Position numbers and translations under genes: made by a program. DNA of 38,993 bases, taken from positions 1-38,993 of IMG/VR virus record IMGVR_UViG_3300032212_000066. One strand, 5' to 3'. How positions within the stretch are numbered: the stretch's first letter is position 1; each line of letters begins with the position of its first letter. Of the stretch, positions 34,849 through 38,993 are shown piece after piece. Source of the DNA: a virus (Duplodnaviria; Caudoviricetes). The notes under the pieces were generated by a model, which had not been told where the DNA came from, made no database searches, and was given only the letters and a program-made list of their open reading frames with translations.

Positions 34849-35285
34849 GCGGCGTCGGCGACATTGTTAGCGGCGTCGGTTCAATGATCGCCGGTGAAAG
34901 CGCCAATGCGATCGCCAGGAACCAGGCCGCTTTCATGGAGGCCGATGCTGCGGTGTCGCGCCAGGTCGGAGCGGCCCAGGCGGATATTGCGCGGCGCGAG
35001 GGCGCGCGCGCGGTTGGTGAAGCCGTGGCGCTGCAAGGCGCGTCCGGCTTTGCAATGGATGGATCTGCGCTGGACGTGATCGCTGAGATTGCCGGGTCTT
35101 ATGACTACCAGGCGCGGGTGGCGCGGTATGAGGCCGGCCGTCAAGCGCTGCGCCTCGAGAATGAGGCTGTGGTCACGCGAGCGGAGGGCAAGATGGCCCG
35201 TACCAGCGGCTATGTGCAGGGCTCCGCCTCATTGCTGACTGGCGCTGAAAAGATGGCGTCAAGCTCGGGTGGCGGAGGAGGTTAG
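34845..35285 (+). CDS. Small internal virion (ejection) protein
   Basis: Gly/Ala-rich with GASG....GSALDV motif. Confidence 0.75.
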   Translation: MSGVGDIVSGVGSMIAGESANAIARNQAAFMEADAAVSRQVGAAQADIARREGARAVGEAVALQGASGFAMDGSALDVIAEIAGSYDYQARVARYEAGRQALRLENEAVVTRAEGKMARTSGYVQGSASLLTGAEKMASSSGGGGG

Positions 35286-35287
35286 GG

Positions 35288-37333
35288 ATGCCAAGGATCA
35301 ACGCGAACCGAGCCGGGGTGCGTGGCCCGCGCCTGATTGGTGTGACGCCAAGCGCGCCGACTGCCCGCAATATGTTGGCGCCGATCGGGCAGGCGATTGA
35401 GGCGATCGCTGACGATCGGCGACGTGAGGCCGAAGAGGAGCGCGAGCGGGCTGACCGGATCGCGGTGGCCCGCGCGGAAAGCGCTTTCCTGCTGAATGTC
35501 GGTCGTGGCCTTGATGAGGCTGCGGAGGGCTATGACGGTGCCACAAACGGCTTCGCTGACAGCCAGGCGGAGCGCTATGACGCGGCGGTTGCCAGCGCCC
35601 TCGAGGCCGCGCCGGAGGGCATTCAGGGGCGCCTCGAGGAGCGTTTCGCTGGCCCCATGAGGGCGCGTCACCTCCTGGCCGCGATGGATATCGAGCGCAG
35701 CAAAACCGGGCGCTATGTCTATCAGGGTTTTCTCGATCACGTCGACGCGAGCGCCAACGCCGTCAATGGCGAGCCGGGCTTTTTCCCGGACGCGCTGGCG
35801 TCGATCGAGGACGCTGTGACGGCCCTGCCGGAGGAATTGCAGGCCGGGGCACGCGACGAAGCGATCGGCCAGGTTTCGCGGTCCTATGCCGAGGCGCGGT
35901 TGAATGCAGATGCGGCCGGTTTCCTGTCCGAGATCGAAGGCGGATCGCTTGATGCGATTTTTCCGGCAGAGGTTCGCCGGTCCTATGCCAGCCAGGCGCA
36001 AGCCGAGATGGATCGGCGGGAGCGGGCGGCCGCTGTCGAGGCGCGCCAGGCGGCGGCTGTCGAGGGGCGTGTGCTGGCGCGGATGCTCGACGATGCCGAG
36101 GACGCGGCCGAGCAGGGATTTTCGCCGGCTATTTCCTTTGAGGCGGTGGCCCAGCGCGCGGCGGCACTCGGCAATGAGGACGGCGCGGATCTCCAGCAGC
36201 GCGCGATCGAGGCCGCGTCGATCGCGCAGATGGGCGAGGAGCTGAGGGTTTTGCCGCTCGCTGATCTGGAGCAAAGGATTGTCGAGGAGCGGAGCCGGAT
36301 CCGCGAGGGCGCAAGTGGCTTTGAGGCGCGCCGGATCGCTGCGGCGGAACGGGTGTTGTCGACAATGCGCAGCGAGCTTTCGTCCGATCCGGTTGCCTAT
36401 GCGCGCCGGACTGGCGTCGGAGATCTGCCGGATCTCGACTTTTCATCGCTTGATGGCCTGGGGGGGAGCCTCGCCGATCGGGTGCCGCGCGCTCAAGCGG
36501 TGGCAGATCATTATGGTGTCGAGCGCCAGATCTTCACGGGTTCAGAGCGTCTTGCCCTGTCGGAAGCGGTATCACGCGGGGATCTGGATCGGGCGTCGGT
36601 CGCGCAATCGATTGTTGCCAGCCTCGGCCGTGACGCGCCCGCGGCGCTGCAGGAGATCGCGCCGGATGAGCCCCTGTTGGCAACGGTCGGCGGATTGATG
36701 ACGGCCGGAGCGCCTACGGCGGCGCGAGATCTGGCTCAGGGCTATCAGTTGCGGGACCAGGAAGGCTTTGCGTCCCGTCTGCCCTCGCGCTCGATCGTGC
36801 AGAGTGCAGCCGCGCCATTGCTAGGCGGGCTTGCTGAGCGTCTGCCAAATACGAGCCTCGAGCTGGTGGAGACAGCCTCTGCGATCTACGAGGCGCGTGC
36901 CTTGCGGACAGGCGTTGTTCAGGACGGCGAGGGGTGGCCCCGCCGTGGTGAGCGCATGTTCGAGCAGGCTTTGCATGAGGCTGCGGGCGCTGTTTTCGTC
37001 GGCGATCGTCGCTTCGGCGGGCTCGAGGAGCATCGTGGCGAAATGGTCATGCTGCCCAATTGGCTCTCGGAGGGGCGCTTGGATGACGTGATGCGCCTGA
37101 TCTCGGAGGGCGAGTTTGGGCCGCCTGGCGCCATGACGGACGCGAGGGGCAGCGAGTTGAGCGCCGGCGTTCTGCGCCGCGCGCGTCTGCAGTCTGTGGG
37201 CGATCAGCGCTATCTTGTCATTCCCGGCCGCGGCGATGGTGTCGCGCTGGATGATGCCGGGGCGCCGTTTGTTCTGGATCTGTCGGCCTATCGCAATGTC
37301 GTCAGTCGTGATTATCCCGATTGGGTGCGCTGA
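35288..37333 (+). CDS. Internal virion (ejection) protein
   Basis: MPRI start, 681-aa helical Ala-rich protein in the ejection-protein cluster. Confidence 0.75.
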   Translation: MPRINANRAGVRGPRLIGVTPSAPTARNMLAPIGQAIEAIADDRRREAEEERERADRIAVARAESAFLLNVGRGLDEAAEGYDGATNGFADSQAERYDAAVASALEAAPEGIQGRLEERFAGPMRARHLLAAMDIERSKTGRYVYQGFLDHVDASANAVNGEPGFFPDALASIEDAVTALPEELQAGARDEAIGQVSRSYAEARLNADAAGFLSEIEGGSLDAIFPAEVRRSYASQAQAEMDRRERAAAVEARQAAAVEGRVLARMLDDAEDAAEQGFSPAISFEAVAQRAAALGNEDGADLQQRAIEAASIAQMGEELRVLPLADLEQRIVEERSRIREGASGFEARRIAAAERVLSTMRSELSSDPVAYARRTGVGDLPDLDFSSLDGLGGSLADRVPRAQAVADHYGVERQIFTGSERLALSEAVSRGDLDRASVAQSIVASLGRDAPAALQEIAPDEPLLATVGGLMTAGAPTAARDLAQGYQLRDQEGFASRLPSRSIVQSAAAPLLGGLAERLPNTSLELVETASAIYEARALRTGVVQDGEGWPRRGERMFEQALHEAAGAVFVGDRRFGGLEEHRGEMVMLPNWLSEGRLDDVMRLISEGEFGPPGAMTDARGSELSAGVLRRARLQSVGDQRYLVIPGRGDGVALDDAGAPFVLDLSAYRNVVSRDYPDWVR

Positions 37334-38993
37334 TGCGGCCGATCTTTGAAACACCGCGCCTTGATGATCTCGAGCCGACCGAAGGCGCCCAGCGTGGTTT
37401 CTTCGGATCTGTCGCTGCAGGCTGGGAGGCGCAACGGTCCTTTGACAACTTCAATTCCGAGGCGTTTCTGCGCGACCGGGTTTGGCGCGATTACATCGAT
37501 GAGATTGAGCTGCGCAGTGGCGACCGCTTGCCGCATCCCGACGACTTTATTCCTGAGATCGATCTGCCAATCATGCTGGGCGCCAGTGATGAGGACGGTG
37601 GGGGTGTCGCGGGCGCGAAGGCGCGGTTTGTCCTGGCGCGCATCGAGGAGCTCCGCGACCAAAACCCTGAGCTGAATATTCCCGGGCCAGAATGGATGGC
37701 TGAGCGGCTGATGGCCGAAGCCGATCGGGTGGAAGTGGAAGAAAGTCGATCTGGCGGGGCCGGTCTTTTTTTCGGGCGGCTCGGCGCAGCTTTCACGGAT
37801 CCTGCAACGATCGTGACCGCGCCGGTCGGAGGTGGGCAGAAAACCGTGTTGCGGGCGGCCGGCGTTGAGGCAGCCGTCAATGGCCTGCTTGAGATGGCCA
37901 ATATCCCGGTTGCAAACCGCTGGCGCGAGGAGCTCGGCGTTGACACGATGACCCTCGAGGAAGGCGCGCAAAGTGTAGCGATCGCAATGGTGGCGGGCGG
38001 CATTCTGGGTGGAGCGGGCCGCTTTGCTGAAACTGAGCTACCGCGGGCGTTCAACCGTTTGTCCAATTCACGTCTGGCGGCTGCGCTGCGGGATCTGTCC
38101 GGTGGGAACCCGGAGCGCCTGGAGCTGGCCGAGGCCCTGGCGCGCGAGGCGGAGGTTGAGGGGCAAAACCCGTTCCCGCCAAGTGGTGCGGATCTTCATG
38201 AGGCGCGCTTGCAGGACGCGATGACGGCGATCACAGAGACGGATGCGGCTCGAGCGGGCGCTGCGATGGAGCGCCTTCTCGAGGACGTGCCGCCGCCGGC
38301 GGCGGGGTCTGCCGCTTTGCCGTCTGGGCTTACTGAAATTGATCCGCGAACGCTCGAGGTCGACGCGGCCCGCTTTCAGTTCAAGGACGGCGGGGACAGT
38401 GAGGGTGTGACCGATCGGCTGGCCGGTGTCAGTGAATGGGATCCGGTGCGTGCGGGGATCTCGCTCGTCTTCGAGCAGGAGGACGGCGCGCGCTTTATCG
38501 TTGATGGGCACCAACGTCGGGGGCTGGCGGCCCGCCTCCTCGAGGAGGATCCGGATGCCAATATTCGATTGACGGCCTTCGTCTACCGCGAGGCCGATGG
38601 ATGGGCGGATGCCGAGATCCGCGCGATCGCGGCGGCGAAGAACCTGGCCGAAGGCACAGGAACGGCGATCGATGCTGCCAAGATCCTGCGCGCGGATCCG
38701 GATCTCCTGGATGGCTCCCTCCCCACGCGCGGAGCGCTGATCCGTGACGCCCAAGGGCTCATGCGTCTGGGTGATGATGCTTTCGGTGCGGTTGTGAACG
38801 ATGTTGTTCCTGCCAATTTCGCGGCGATCGTTGGCCGTATTATCGAGGACCCGGCCGAGCAGGTTGCGGCGATCGAGGCAGAGGCGTTGGTTCGCGGTGC
38901 CCAGGCCGCCGGTTTTGCCCGGCGTGAGGGCGAGACTGGATCCCTGTTTGGGGACATTCCGACTGAAAGCCTGATCGCCGATCGGGCGCGGAT
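37333..38993 (+). CDS. N-terminal part of the junction-spanning ejection/polyvalent protein, with a ParB-like domain
   Basis: TGATG-coupled ATG at 37333, open to the contig end (absent from the ORF track because it has no stop); DAARFQFK...FIVDGHQR (38494)...AAKNLAEG ParB-like motifs. Confidence 0.85.
   Translation, partial: MRPIFETPRLDDLEPTEGAQRGFFGSVAAGWEAQRSFDNFNSEAFLRDRVWRDYIDEIELRSGDRLPHPDDFIPEIDLPIMLGASDEDGGGVAGAKARFVLARIEELRDQNPELNIPGPEWMAERLMAEADRVEVEESRSGGAGLFFGRLGAAFTDPATIVTAPVGGGQKTVLRAAGVEAAVNGLLEMANIPVANRWREELGVDTMTLEEGAQSVAIAMVAGGILGGAGRFAETELPRAFNRLSNSRLAAALRDLSGGNPERLELAEALAREAEVEGQNPFPPSGADLHEARLQDAMTAITETDAARAGAAMERLLEDVPPPAAGSAALPSGLTEIDPRTLEVDAARFQFKDGGDSEGVTDRLAGVSEWDPVRAGISLVFEQEDGARFIVDGHQRRGLAARLLEEDPDANIRLTAFVYREADGWADAEIRAIAAAKNLAEGTGTAIDAAKILRADPDLLDGSLPTRGALIRDAQGLMRLGDDAFGAVVNDVVPANFAAIVGRIIEDPAEQVAAIEAEALVRGAQAAGFARREGETGSLFGDIPTESLIADRAR
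38743..38993. repeat. Terminal direct repeat, right copy (36-bp in-frame deletion variant)
   Basis: Matches 1-126 followed by 163-287. Confidence 0.97.

Noticed and set aside
1-38993. Apparent abundance of CTCGAG/GGATCC/GATC words
   Set aside because: Plausibly due to codon pairs (Leu-Glu, Asp-Pro) in GC-rich DNA; cannot be assessed without a k-mer model

Overview
This window is an apparently complete, circularly permuted genome (38,742 bp unique) of a GC-rich temperate short-tailed (podovirus-type, BPP-1/epsilon15-like gene order) phage, most likely of an alphaproteobacterium. Bases 1-287 are repeated at 38743-38993, where the copy lacks 36 bp. Modules: packaging/head/tail/ejection genes (23962-38742, continuing 1-7992), lysis cassette (8002-9470), attP containing the 3' half of tRNA-Asn plus integrase/excisionase (9800-12348), early-left genes and a cI/cro switch with 15-bp operators (12345-14792), early-right regulators and primase/helicase (14789-20622), and an oppositely oriented operon with its own operator-bearing promoter (PAPS-reductase-like, small protein, DUF3560-like, Aca-like HTH; 20587-23299). 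The most striking observation is a ~1025-aa ejection-type virion protein that spans the contig junction (37333-38742 + 1-1668). It carries a ParB-like domain and a RelA/SpoT-like nucleotidyltransferase domain. A small antisense gene (1472-1278) with its own sigma70-like promoter and a strong Shine-Dalgarno is nested inside it directly behind that domain, and a probable +1-frame overprinted gene (419-655) lies just ahead of it. This looks like a virion-delivered toxin with hidden, overprinted immunity gene(s). All family assignments come from motif recognition by eye; no database searches were run.
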